64,000 bases of DNA from Candidatus Sericytochromatia bacterium (GTDB lineage: Bacteria; Cyanobacteriota; Sericytochromatia; S15B-MN24; UBA4093), in the NCBI GenBank assembly GCA_036676985.1, contig JAKFBU010000001.1, positions 64,001 to 128,000 of the forward strand, given 5' to 3'. Of this stretch, positions 40,976 to 50,861 are shown piece by piece (the first letter of the stretch is position 1; the number at the start of each line of letters is the position of its first letter). A program made the translations under genes and the position numbers. The notes beneath the pieces are model-generated. The model was given only the letters and a program-made list of their open reading frames with translations. It made no database searches and was not told where the DNA came from.

Positions 40976-42820
40976 TCAGAGACTCAGGACCGGCTGGGAT
41001 CCGAAGACGGCGAGCGCCAGGGGTATTTTGCCCAGCGGAGCACTCACCTGGATGCCCTGCACCAGGGGACGCACCTCCTCGAACATCTCGCGGGCGATGC
41101 GCACGCCCTCGAGAGCCGCCTCGCCGCGCGCGTCCGCCGCGGCCATGCGCTCCAGCACCGACGGCGGGATGACGACGCCTGGGACCTCGTTGCTCATGAA
41201 CTCGGCGTTGCGGTAGCTCGCCAGCGGCCAGATCCCCGCGATGATGGGCAAGTTGAAGCCCTCGACCCGCTCCAGGAAGGTCTTGAGCTGCTCCACGTCG
41301 AACACCGGCTGGGTGATGGCGTACTGCGCGCCCGCCTCGACCTTCCAGGCGAAGCGCTTGAGCTCGTGCTCGAGATCCAGGGCCGCCGGGTTCACGCCCA
41401 CGCCGTAACAGAAGGCCGTCGGCTTGCCGATGGGATTGCCGCCGAGATCCAGTCCATGGTTCAGGCGGTTGACCATGTTGGAGAGGCCGATGGAGTCGAT
41501 GTCGAAGACGGCCGTCGCCTGCGGATAGGGGCCCATCTTGGGCGGATCGCCTGTCACCAACAGGAGGTTGCGCAGGCCGAGTGCCGCCGCCCCCAGCAGG
41601 TCGCTCTGCATGCCGAGGAGGTTGCGATCGCGGCACGTGTAATGCACCACCGCCTCGATGCCTTCGCGCTCGATGAGCTGCGAGGTGGCCATGGCCCCCA
41701 TGCGGCTCTGGGCCCGGGGGCCGTCCGGCACGTTGATGGCGTCCACCCCCGCGTCTCGGATGAGGCGCACGCCCTCCAGCATCGCCGCGGGGTCGCAGCC
41801 CTTGGGCGGCATGATCTCGACGGAGGTCACGAACTCGCCACGGGCGAGCTTCGCGGCGAAGCGCGATCGCTCGGCCAGAGGCACCGGCTCGACGGTCGGC
41901 AGCTCGGGGTCCAGCACCGAGAGGTGCGCTCCCTCGCGGCCCGGGGACAGGGCCCGAGCCGCATCGGCCATCTGGCGGACGTGCTCGGGGGTGGTGCCGC
42001 AGCAGCCTCCGATGAACTTCACGCCCGCCTGAATGAGGCGCTTGGCATACTTGGCCATGTAGTCGGGGCTCGACATGTACATCTTGCGGCCGTTGATCTC
42101 GCGGGGCATGCCCGCGTTCGGCTGCGCCGAGAGCTTCTTGTCGGTCGCCTGGGCCAGCTTCTCGACGGCCTCCAGGATGGTGGCGGGGCCGACCGAGCAG
42201 TTGAGGCCGATGACATCCGCTCCCCAGCGGTCGAGCATGCGCGCGGCATCCGCGGGGTCCGTGCCGTAGCTGGTCTTTCCGTCGTCCTGGATGGTCATCT
42301 GGGCGACGATGGGCAGGTCCGTCTGGGCGCGCACGGCGCGGATGGCCTGCTGGATCTCGCGCAGGTCCGAGAAGGTCTCGAGCACGAAGAGGTCCACGCC
42401 GCCCTCGACCAGGCCCGCGACGGCCTCGGCGAAGAAGGCCTCGGCCTCGTCCTCGGAGGTGGGACCGTAGGGCTCCAGGCGAATGCCCAGGGGGCCGATG
42501 GCGCCCGCCACGAAGAACTCGTCTCCTGCCGCCTGGCGGGCGATCTCGGCGGCGCGGCGGTTGATGAGGCGCACCTGGTCACCGATGCCGTAGCCGTCCA
42601 GGTGGGGCCGGGTCGCGCCGAAGGTGTTGGTCTCGATGATCTCGGCGCCCGCCTTGAGGTACTCGCGATGGACCTCGCGGACCAGATCCGGCTCCTTGAG
42701 GTTCAGCTCGTCGTAGCAGCGGTTGATGAACACGCCCTTGGAGTAGAGCATGGTCCCCATGGCGCCGTCGAAGACGGCGACCCGGTCCTCTTCCAGCAGC
42801 TTCCGGAAGTCGCGGCCCAT
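40976..42820 (-). CDS. yitJ: Bifunctional homocysteine S-methyltransferase / methylenetetrahydrofolate reductase (YitJ-type)
   Basis: DGAMGT, GLNC and GGCCGTTP followed by an MTHFR domain (CRDRN, TGDPP, ITQPVF). Confidence 0.93.
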   Translation of the reverse strand: MGRDFRKLLEEDRVAVFDGAMGTMLYSKGVFINRCYDELNLKEPDLVREVHREYLKAGAEIIETNTFGATRPHLDGYGIGDQVRLINRRAAEIARQAAGDEFFVAGAIGPLGIRLEPYGPTSEDEAEAFFAEAVAGLVEGGVDLFVLETFSDLREIQQAIRAVRAQTDLPIVAQMTIQDDGKTSYGTDPADAARMLDRWGADVIGLNCSVGPATILEAVEKLAQATDKKLSAQPNAGMPREINGRKMYMSSPDYMAKYAKRLIQAGVKFIGGCCGTTPEHVRQMADAARALSPGREGAHLSVLDPELPTVEPVPLAERSRFAAKLARGEFVTSVEIMPPKGCDPAAMLEGVRLIRDAGVDAINVPDGPRAQSRMGAMATSQLIEREGIEAVVHYTCRDRNLLGMQSDLLGAAALGLRNLLLVTGDPPKMGPYPQATAVFDIDSIGLSNMVNRLNHGLDLGGNPIGKPTAFCYGVGVNPAALDLEHELKRFAWKVEAGAQYAITQPVFDVEQLKTFLERVEGFNLPIIAGIWPLASYRNAEFMSNEVPGVVIPPSVLERMAAADARGEAALEGVRIAREMFEEVRPLVQGIQVSAPLGKIPLALAVFGSQPVLSL

Positions 42821-42822
42821 GG

Positions 42823-45800
42823 CTACACCGTCTCCTTGGCGAGGCGCGGGTGCGCGCTGACCCGCTCGCCGCCCTGCTGGCGGATGGCGTAGTACTTGGC
42901 CTCGGGATGGTGGAGTACCACGGCCACCGTGGACTGCTCGGGCACCAGCTGGCAGCTCTCCGTGAGCGTCATGCCGATGGCCTCGGTGATGGGCATCAGA
43001 TCAAAGAGCTTGCGGTGGTCGTCCAGGTCCGGGATGGCCGGATAGCCCCAGCTGTACCGCTTGCCCTGCCCGGGCCCGAGGGCGAGCTCCTGCTTGATGT
43101 GGCGGTGCGCCACCTCCGCGAGGGCCTCGGCCGCCTCGACCGAGAGACCGTGGATGAAGTAGGCCTCCGAGTAGTCGCCCGCGGCCTGCAGGCGCTCGTT
43201 GAGCTCGGTGGAGCCGGGGCCCATGGTCACGGCCTGGAAGGCCACCACGTCGAGCCTGCCCGAGTCCGTCGAGGCGAAGTAGTCCGCGAGGCACAGGTGC
43301 TCGCCTTCCGGCTGGCGCGGGAACTCGAAGACGGTCTTGACGACCGAGCTCTCGGGCGATTCGTACACCAGGAGCCGGTTGCCCTCCGACTGGCAGGGGT
43401 AGTAGCCGTAGACGACCCGGGGCGTGAGGAAGCCTTCCTTCTTGGCACGGGCCTTGAGGGCCTCGAGGCGCGGCTGGAACTCGGTGGCGAGCAGCTTCTC
43501 CCACTCGGCGCCGTTGGTCGCACGCGCACCCCACGAGAGCCTGAAGAGGCTCTTGAGGTCGAGGCAGTCGAAGACCCGGTCCAGGGGGATCTGCTCGATC
43601 ACCCGGTGGCCCCAGAAGGGCGCCTCGGGGATGGCCACGTCCGTGCGCACGGCCGAGCGCACCGCGGGAGCCGCGGGCACCACGGCCGTCGCTTTGGGCT
43701 TGGCCGCGGCCGCCAGGGCCTCCCGGTGGATCTTGGAGACGAAGGTGTCCCGGGTCTCGGGGTTGGTGAGCTGGTCGACGATGGAGAGACCCTCGAAGGC
43801 ATCGTTGGCGTAGAACACGCCCGCCTCGTAGGGAACGCCGTCGGCCGTGAGGTCGATGCGCCGTCCGAAGCTGCGGTTGATGGCCGCCCCGCCCACGATC
43901 ACGGGGAACTTGAGGCCGCGCTTGTGGAGCTCGTCGACGCACGAGGGCATCTGCTTGGAGGTCGAGACCAGGAGGGCCGAGAGGCCGATGGCGTCCGCCT
44001 CCACCTCGAGGGCCTTCTCGATGATGGTGTTGACGGGCACCTGCTTGCCCAGGTCGTAGACCGTGTAGCCGTTGTTGGTGAGGATGGTGTTGACGAGGTT
44101 CTTGCCGATGTCGTGCACGTCGCCGTACACCGTCGCGAGCACCACCTTGCCCTTGGTGTAGCCTTCCTTCTTCTCGAGGAACTGCTCGAGGTAGGCGACG
44201 GCCTTCTTCATGACCTCGGCGGACTGCAGCACGAAGGGCAGGATGAGCTCGCCCCGGCCGAACTTGTCGCCCACGTCCTTCATGGCGGGCAAGAGGACCG
44301 TGTTGAGGACCGTGACCGGGTCCTTGGCCTTGAGGACCTCGTCGATCCGGTCCTCGATGCCGTCCTTCTTGCGGTGCAGGATCTGGTAGTGGATCCGCTC
44401 CTCGGCCGTCATGCCCTCGGTGGGATCCTCGACGGGCCCCGAGGAGGCGGCCGCCTTGTTATCCTCGAAGTACTGGATGAAGCGCTGCAACGCGTCCGGC
44501 GTGCGGTTGTGGACCAGGTCCTCGGCGAGCTCGCGCTGCTCGGCGGGGATCTCGGCCAAGGGCGTGATGTGCGCCGGGTTCACGATGGCGAGGTCCAGGC
44601 CCGCCTGCACGCAGTGGTGCAGGAAGACCGAGTTGAGGACACCGCGGGCATGCGGGGCGAGGCCGAAGCTCACGTTCGAGACGCCGAGCACCGTGAGGAC
44701 GCCGGGCAGGGCCTCCTTGATGAGGCGGATGCCCTCGATGGTCTCCTTGGCCGAGTCCTTGAACTCGTCGTCGCCCGTGCTGAGGGTGAAGGTGAGGTCG
44801 TCGAAGATGAGTGCCTCGGGCTTGAGGCCATACTCGCCCACCACGATGTCGTGGATGCGGCGGGCGACCTCGAGCTTGCGCTCGGCGGTCTTGGCCATGC
44901 CGACCTCGTCGATGGTGAGGGCCACCACCGCCGCGCCGTGCTCGAGCACGTGGGGCAGGATGGCGTCGATGCGGGTGCGGCCGTTCTCGAGGTGCACGGA
45001 GTTGACGATGGCGCGGCCGGGATAGGTCCGGAGCGCCTCGAGGAGCACGGCGGGCTCGGTCGAGTCGATCATCAGGGGCGCCTCGACGCCGGCTGCGAGC
45101 TTCTTGACCACCTTGCGCATCTGCTCGGCCTCGTCGGCCCGCTCGGTGAGGGCCACGCAGACGTCGAGCACGTGCGCGCCGCCGTCGACCTGCTCGCGGG
45201 CGACCTCCTGCACGCCGTCGTAGTCCTCGGCGAGGAGGAACTGCTTGAGCTTGCGGCTGCCCTGGGCGTTGACGCGCTCACCGACCAAGAGCGGCTTGGG
45301 GTCCTGGTGCAGGCTCGTCGAGCGGATGGCGCTCGCGACGTACGGCTCGCGCGAGGCGACCCGCGGCTTGGGGGTGAGGCCCGCGACGGCCTCGACCACG
45401 GCCCGGATGTGGGCCGGGGTGGTGCCACAACAGCCGCCCACGACGTTCACGCCGTACTGTGCGACGAACTCGCGCAGGGCCGCTGCCATGGGCGCGGGCT
45501 CCAGGGGATAGACGGCCTTGCCGTCGACGTTGAGGGGCAGGCCCGCGTTCGGGATGATGGAGACGGGCTTGGTGGCGCGCTCGGCGAAGACCTGCACGGG
45601 GCCGCGCATGTGCTCGGGGCCCGTCGAGCAGTTGAGGCCGATGACGTCCACCGGCAGGCTCTCGAGGATGGCGATCGCCGCCCCCACGTCCGTGCCGAGC
45701 AGCATGCGGCCGCTGGTGTCGAGCGTGACCTGGACCTGCAAGGGAACGCGGTTGCCGGACTTCTTGAAGTAGCGCTGAATGCCGGCGATCGCCGCCTTCA

Positions 45801-46308
45801 CCTCCAGGATGTCCTGCGAGGTCTCGACCAAGAGCACGTCGCAGCCACCCTCGACCAGGGGGGCGGCCTGCTCCTCGAAGATGGCCGCCAGCTCCTCGAA
45901 GGTGATGTTGCCGAGCGTCGGGTCGTCCGAGCTCGGCAGCATGCCCGTGGGGCCGATGGAGCCCGCCACGAAGCGCGGCTTGTCCGGGGTGCTGTAGCGG
46001 TCCGCCACCCGGCGCGCGAGCTGGGCCGCCTGGAAATTCTGCTCGTAGGTGAGGTGCCCGAGGCCGTACTCCTCGAGCTTGGGGCGGTTGCCGCCGAAGG
46101 TGTCCGTCTCGAGGACGTCGCAGCCGGCCTCCATGTAGCTCGCGTGGACCTGCTCGATCACCTCGGGCTTCACGAGCACCAGGTACTCGTTGCACCCCTC
46201 CTTGCCCCCATAGTCCTCGGCCGTCAGGTAGAAGTTCTGGATCGAGGTGCCCATGGCCCCGTCATAGACGAGGATGCGACGCTCCAGCTCGGACAGGTAT
46301 CGGCTCAT
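42823..46308 (-). CDS. metH: Cobalamin-dependent methionine synthase
   Basis: DGAMGT, GGCCGTTP, VGERVNAQGS, B12 motif GDVHDIGKN, RYSWGYPA activation domain. Confidence 0.97.
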   Translation of the reverse strand: MSRYLSELERRILVYDGAMGTSIQNFYLTAEDYGGKEGCNEYLVLVKPEVIEQVHASYMEAGCDVLETDTFGGNRPKLEEYGLGHLTYEQNFQAAQLARRVADRYSTPDKPRFVAGSIGPTGMLPSSDDPTLGNITFEELAAIFEEQAAPLVEGGCDVLLVETSQDILEVKAAIAGIQRYFKKSGNRVPLQVQVTLDTSGRMLLGTDVGAAIAILESLPVDVIGLNCSTGPEHMRGPVQVFAERATKPVSIIPNAGLPLNVDGKAVYPLEPAPMAAALREFVAQYGVNVVGGCCGTTPAHIRAVVEAVAGLTPKPRVASREPYVASAIRSTSLHQDPKPLLVGERVNAQGSRKLKQFLLAEDYDGVQEVAREQVDGGAHVLDVCVALTERADEAEQMRKVVKKLAAGVEAPLMIDSTEPAVLLEALRTYPGRAIVNSVHLENGRTRIDAILPHVLEHGAAVVALTIDEVGMAKTAERKLEVARRIHDIVVGEYGLKPEALIFDDLTFTLSTGDDEFKDSAKETIEGIRLIKEALPGVLTVLGVSNVSFGLAPHARGVLNSVFLHHCVQAGLDLAIVNPAHITPLAEIPAEQRELAEDLVHNRTPDALQRFIQYFEDNKAAASSGPVEDPTEGMTAEERIHYQILHRKKDGIEDRIDEVLKAKDPVTVLNTVLLPAMKDVGDKFGRGELILPFVLQSAEVMKKAVAYLEQFLEKKEGYTKGKVVLATVYGDVHDIGKNLVNTILTNNGYTVYDLGKQVPVNTIIEKALEVEADAIGLSALLVSTSKQMPSCVDELHKRGLKFPVIVGGAAINRSFGRRIDLTADGVPYEAGVFYANDAFEGLSIVDQLTNPETRDTFVSKIHREALAAAAKPKATAVVPAAPAVRSAVRTDVAIPEAPFWGHRVIEQIPLDRVFDCLDLKSLFRLSWGARATNGAEWEKLLATEFQPRLEALKARAKKEGFLTPRVVYGYYPCQSEGNRLLVYESPESSVVKTVFEFPRQPEGEHLCLADYFASTDSGRLDVVAFQAVTMGPGSTELNERLQAAGDYSEAYFIHGLSVEAAEALAEVAHRHIKQELALGPGQGKRYSWGYPAIPDLDDHRKLFDLMPITEAIGMTLTESCQLVPEQSTVAVVLHHPEAKYYAIRQQGGERVSAHPRLAKETV

Positions 46309-46319
46309 TCCGTTCCTCA

Positions 46320-46355
46320 CAAAAAAAGATCCCCCCTTGGCATCAAGAGAGGATC
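46320..46355 (-). terminator. Riboswitch-controlled intrinsic terminator upstream of metH
   Basis: Minus strand GATCCTCTCTTG-ATGC-CAAGGGGGGATC-TTTTTTT. Confidence 0.85.
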
Positions 46356-46363
46356 GCGCTTCC

Positions 46364-46467
46364 ACTTATTTCTCGGGGGTTTTCCCCGCAGGAATTGGCA
46401 CCTTCTCGGTAGTACCGAGGGTTGCCGGGCATCATCGGGCCAGTCCCTCCGCCATCTCTCAATAAGC
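46364..46467 (-). promoter_or_regulatory. SAM-I (S-box) riboswitch
   Basis: Minus strand CTTATTGAGAG..GGAGGGACTGGCCCGATGA..CCCGGCAACC..GGTGCCAATTCCTGC..GAAATAAG; upstream of metH. Confidence 0.95.
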
Positions 46468-46498
46468 AACGTATTCAGTTGTCAACTTTATATTCGGC

Positions 46499-46548
46499 AG
46501 GATATCAGCTCCCTTGAGCGCCGTCAAACCCGCGTTTGACGGCGCTTT
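46499..46548 (-). promoter_or_regulatory. metH promoter overlapping the hairpin after leuS
   Basis: Minus strand TTGACG-N17-TATCCT (46527-46499); -35 lies inside the AGCGCCGTCAAAC/GTTTGACGGCGCT hairpin. Confidence 0.55.
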
Positions 46549-46556
46549 GAGGAAAG

Positions 46557-48980
46557 CTACTTGACCACCAGGTTGACCAGGCGGCCCGGGACCACGATCT
46601 CCTTGACGATGGTCTTGCCCTCGAGCTGATCGCGCACGCCCTCGGTGTCCTTGGCCTTGGCGAGAACGTCGCTCTGGTCGGCATCCGCCGCCACCACGAC
46701 CTTGCCGCGGATCTTGCCGTTGATCTGGATGGCGAGCTCGACTTCCTCTTCGACGGTCATGGCCTCGTCGTACTCGGGCCAGGTCCGGTAGGCGAGCGTC
46801 TCGGCGTGGCCCAGACGGCTCCACAGCTCCTCGGACAGGTGCGGCGCGAAGGGCGCCACCAGGAGGACCATGGACTCCACGATGGAGCGGGGCAGGACCT
46901 CGGCCTTGTAGGCGTCGTTGACGAGCATCATCAGGGCGCTGATGGCCGTGTTGAGGCGCAGGCCCTCGATGTCGCCGCCCACCTTCTTGATGGTCTTGTG
47001 CAGGCTGCGGTTGAGGTCGGGCGCCGCGGTGGCCGGCACGTCCTGGATGGCCGGGTTGAGGGTGTCCTCCTGGGTGACGACCAGGCGCCACAGTCGGTTC
47101 AAGAAGCGGTAGACGCCCTCGACGTTGGACATGTTCCAGGGCTTGGCGGCCTCCAGGGGCCCCATGAACATCTCGTACAGGCGGAGCGTGTCGGCGCCGT
47201 ACTTGGAGACGACATCGTCCGGGTTGATGACGTTGCCGCGCGACTTGGACATCTTCTCGTTGTTCTCGCCCAGGATCATGCCCTGGTTGAAGAGCTTCTT
47301 GAAGGGCTCCTTGGTCGAGACGACGCCGATGTCGTAGAGGACCTTGTGCCAGAAGCGCGCATACAGGAGGTGCAGGACCGCGTGCTCGGCGCCGCCGATG
47401 TAGAGGTCCACCGGCCCCCAGTACTGCTCGTGCTCCTTGCTGACGAGCTCGTCGGGGTTGCGGGCGTCCATGAACCGCAGGTAGTACCAGCACGAGCCGG
47501 CCCACTGGGGCATGGTGTTGGTCTCGCGGCGCACCACCTCGCCCGAGGGCAGGGTGACGTTGATCCAGTCATGGGCGTTCGCGAGCGGGCTCTCGCCCGT
47601 GCCCGAGGGACGGATCTCCTCGAGGTCGGGCAAGAGCAGGGGCAGGTCGTCCTCGGAGAGGGGCTCGACGCGGCCGTCGATGTGGTGCACGACGGGGATG
47701 GGCTCGCCCCAGTAGCGCTGGCGGCTGAAGAGCCAGTCGCGCAGGCGGTAGTTGACCTTCTTGCGGCCGACGCCCTTCTCCTCGAGCCAGGCGATCATCT
47801 TGGCCTTGGCCTCGTCGACGCCGAGGCCGTCCAGGAAGCCCGAGTTGACGTGCGGCCCCTCGCCGGCGTAGGCCTCGGTCTCGAGGTCGCCGCCCGCGAT
47901 GACCTCGAGGATGGGCAGCCCCATGGCCTTGGCGAACTCCCAGTCGCGCTGGTCGTGGCCGGGAACTGCCATGATGGCGCCCGTGCCGTAGGTGGCGAGC
48001 ACGTAGTCCGCGATCCAGACGGGCACGCGCTCGCCGTTGGCGGGGTTCACGGCGTAGGCGCCGGTGAAGGCCCCCGTCTTCTCCTTGGCGAGGTCCGTGC
48101 GCTCCAGGTCGCTCTTGCGGGCCGCCTGCTCGCGGTAGGCCGCGACGGCATCGAACTGCGCGGCGCTCGTGATCTTCTCGACCAAGGGGTGCTCGGGGGC
48201 GAGCACGCAGTAGGTGGCGCCGAACAGGGTGTCGGGGCGGCTGGTGAAGACGGTGAAGGACTCGTTGCTGCCCTCGACCTGGAACGTGATCTCGGCGCCC
48301 TCGGAGCGGCCGATCCAGTTACGCTGCATCTCGAGGACGCTCTCGGGCCAGTCGAGCTCGGCCAGGTCCTCGATCAGGCGATCGGCATAGGCCGTGATCT
48401 TGAGCATCCACTGCTTCATGGGCTTGCGGATGACGGGGTGGCCGCCGCGCTCGCTCTTGCCGTCGATGACCTCTTCGTTGGCGAGCACCGTGCCGAGCGC
48501 CGGACACCAGTTGACGGGCACCTCGGCGATGTAGGCGAGGCCCTTCTTATAGAGCTGCAGGAAGATCCACTGCGTCCACTTGTAGTAGTCGGTGTCGGTG
48601 GTGCTGAGCTCGCGGTCCCAGTCGTAGGAGAAGCCGAGGCTCTTGATCTGGCGCTTGAAGTTGGCGATGTTGCGCTTGGTGATCTCGCGCGGGTGCTCGC
48701 CGGTGTCGAGGGCGTGCTGCTCCGCGGGCAGGCCGAAGGCGTCCCAGCCCATGGGGTGCAGGACGTTGAAGCCCTTCATGCGCTTGTAGCGCGAGACGAT
48801 GTCGGTGGCCGTGTAGCCCTCGGGATGGCCCACGTGCAGGCCCGCCCCCGAGGGGTACGGGAACATGTCGAGGACGTAGTACTTGGGCTTGGACCGGTCC
48901 TCGGTCGTCTTGAAGGTCTTGTGGGCATCCCAATAGGCTTGCCACTTGGGCTCGATCAGGGCGGGATCGTACTTCGACAT
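46557..48980 (-). CDS. leuS: Leucine--tRNA ligase
   Basis: [14 protein letters not shown] (HIGH), KMSKS, editing-domain [12 protein letters not shown]. Confidence 0.98.
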   Translation of the reverse strand: MSKYDPALIEPKWQAYWDAHKTFKTTEDRSKPKYYVLDMFPYPSGAGLHVGHPEGYTATDIVSRYKRMKGFNVLHPMGWDAFGLPAEQHALDTGEHPREITKRNIANFKRQIKSLGFSYDWDRELSTTDTDYYKWTQWIFLQLYKKGLAYIAEVPVNWCPALGTVLANEEVIDGKSERGGHPVIRKPMKQWMLKITAYADRLIEDLAELDWPESVLEMQRNWIGRSEGAEITFQVEGSNESFTVFTSRPDTLFGATYCVLAPEHPLVEKITSAAQFDAVAAYREQAARKSDLERTDLAKEKTGAFTGAYAVNPANGERVPVWIADYVLATYGTGAIMAVPGHDQRDWEFAKAMGLPILEVIAGGDLETEAYAGEGPHVNSGFLDGLGVDEAKAKMIAWLEEKGVGRKKVNYRLRDWLFSRQRYWGEPIPVVHHIDGRVEPLSEDDLPLLLPDLEEIRPSGTGESPLANAHDWINVTLPSGEVVRRETNTMPQWAGSCWYYLRFMDARNPDELVSKEHEQYWGPVDLYIGGAEHAVLHLLYARFWHKVLYDIGVVSTKEPFKKLFNQGMILGENNEKMSKSRGNVINPDDVVSKYGADTLRLYEMFMGPLEAAKPWNMSNVEGVYRFLNRLWRLVVTQEDTLNPAIQDVPATAAPDLNRSLHKTIKKVGGDIEGLRLNTAISALMMLVNDAYKAEVLPRSIVESMVLLVAPFAPHLSEELWSRLGHAETLAYRTWPEYDEAMTVEEEVELAIQINGKIRGKVVVAADADQSDVLAKAKDTEGVRDQLEGKTIVKEIVVPGRLVNLVVK

Positions 48981-49063
48981 AGGCTCCTCTACTCAACTCC
49001 GGGGGGCTTCATCATACCAAAGCCTGTGTGGCTTGGCACTCCGGCGAGGATCGAACGGGAGCC

Positions 49064-50791
49064 TCAGTCGCCCCGATCATCAGGTACCATCGGCCGCACC
49101 TCGAAGCTGTGCGAGCCGACCTCGAGCGTCCGCCACTCCGCCGGCACGACCCGCGGGCGGAACCGCTCGAGCGCCTCCTCGAGCTGCTCGCCCGTGACCC
49201 CTCCGTGGCGCGACGCCAGGAAGCCCACCCGGGTCCAGCCACGTGCCGACTCTTGGAACAGCGGGTAGGAGGCCCCATCGAGCAGGACGTACTCGTCCCC
49301 GCCGTCGGCATCGAGATCGACGGCCAGAAACACCACGGGTCGGCCGGATCGGTAGGCTCCGCCGATGAGCGGATCCCGTTGGCCGCGCTCGAAGAGGTAT
49401 CGTGCGAAGGCCTCGTCCAATACCTTTCCGGCCGGCACGATCCGGGTCCCGAGCCGGACCTCTTCCGCCGTGAGGGTGGCCGCCGGCCGGTTCGCGAGGG
49501 CCGCTGCCGCCAAGGAGCGGATCGCCGCCTCCCGGTGCTCGGAGAGGCGGACCAGGGCATCGTGGCCGTAGCGACCGCCATGCACGCGCAGGTAGCCGAA
49601 GTCGAAGTCCGACGGCGCCACCCGGCCGCTCACAAGGCGAGACACCTGGCTCGCGACGGAGACGCGCTCGGGATCGATGACGGGCGTGTTGACCAGGACC
49701 CCCAGCACCACCACCAGGACCGCCAGGCCCACGTTGAAGGCCGGCAGCCGGTCGGGCCAGGCCATCCGCCGGCTCACGACCGAAAAGGCGTAGGCGCATG
49801 CCCAGGCGCCGCCCACGAGGACCATGAGGCTCGCCAGCACCCGGTCCGTGCTCCAGCCGTATTGCTGGACGCGCAGCCCCAAGGACCACGCGCAGAGGAC
49901 CGTGAAGGCCGGCAAGAGGACTTGGGCCGCGGCGATCGCCCGCGCCAACCACGCAGGATAGGCTGGCCGCCGAACCTCGTCGGTGTAGGCGAGGGCCGTG
50001 AGGCCGAGGACCGCGAGCTGCAGCGCGAGCATCAGGACCGATGCGTGGCCCGTGTCCCAGATGGGCTGCAAGCCGGTGAACGGCAGGGTCAGCAGGAACG
50101 AGACCGCGATGAACGCGGCCAGGGGCGCGAGCCAGGCCGCCAGCTGGACGGGCACCTGCCTCACCCGCTCGAACAGGTCCTCCTGCCCTCGCAGGGCGCG
50201 GACCACCGCTCCGTAGCCCATGGCGGACACCGGCAGGATGAAGGCCTGCTGCGAGAAGACGAGCTCGAAGAAGCCGACGCCCACGACCCGGAAGAGCTGG
50301 GCCCACAGCATCAGGAGGGCCCACAGGAGTCCCTGGGCGGAGGCCGCGAGCCCCAGCGTGAGGACGTTGGCCACCAGCTGTCGCATGAACGCGCGGGGCC
50401 AAGGCGCCTCACCGGAGTGGCGGGCCTGGACCAGCGAGACCGCGAGTCCCCACCCCACGAGGAGGGTGAAGCCGAAGAGGGCCAGGCGCTCGAAGTTGCC
50501 TTCAGCCAAGGGCTTGAGGCCGAGCGCCCATCCCTGATACCAGCCCAGGCCCGAGAGCAAGAAGAGGCCGCCCCCTAGGCCGACGAGCGCACGATGGCCC
50601 CAGAAGCCGGCGGGGAAGAGGTGCAGCGTCAGCGGGCCCAGCAACAGGACCGCGACCACCGGCACGAGCACCGTCATGTGCGTCATCGGCGGAACGTTCC
50701 GCGCGAAGAGCTCGCCCGTGAGATAGAGGGCCGCGCCTTGCAAGAGGCCGATCAAGAGGGCGAGACGGAGGGTGGGAAGCGGTCGGCTCAT
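49064..50791 (-). CDS. DUF4153-like polytopic membrane protein
   Basis: About 10 TM segments; LPFTGLQPIW and RVQQYGWSTDR motifs. Confidence 0.75.
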   Translation of the reverse strand: MSRPLPTLRLALLIGLLQGAALYLTGELFARNVPPMTHMTVLVPVVAVLLLGPLTLHLFPAGFWGHRALVGLGGGLFLLSGLGWYQGWALGLKPLAEGNFERLALFGFTLLVGWGLAVSLVQARHSGEAPWPRAFMRQLVANVLTLGLAASAQGLLWALLMLWAQLFRVVGVGFFELVFSQQAFILPVSAMGYGAVVRALRGQEDLFERVRQVPVQLAAWLAPLAAFIAVSFLLTLPFTGLQPIWDTGHASVLMLALQLAVLGLTALAYTDEVRRPAYPAWLARAIAAAQVLLPAFTVLCAWSLGLRVQQYGWSTDRVLASLMVLVGGAWACAYAFSVVSRRMAWPDRLPAFNVGLAVLVVVLGVLVNTPVIDPERVSVASQVSRLVSGRVAPSDFDFGYLRVHGGRYGHDALVRLSEHREAAIRSLAAAALANRPAATLTAEEVRLGTRIVPAGKVLDEAFARYLFERGQRDPLIGGAYRSGRPVVFLAVDLDADGGDEYVLLDGASYPLFQESARGWTRVGFLASRHGGVTGEQLEEALERFRPRVVPAEWRTLEVGSHSFEVRPMVPDDRGD

Positions 50792-50861
50792 GGACGGATC
50801 CTTTCGGGCGACGGCAGCGCGCCATACCCTAAGCGTACCCGCAAGCGAGCCGAAATGGCGA

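Noticed and set aside
42850-46539. 1229-aa plus-strand ORF and similar long antisense ORFs (8293-10695, 19094-21223, 27378-30005, 40919-42892, 46806-49268, 59386-61455)
   Set aside because: Shadow frames opposite well-supported genes; expected from high GC3 codon bias; no recognisable motifs
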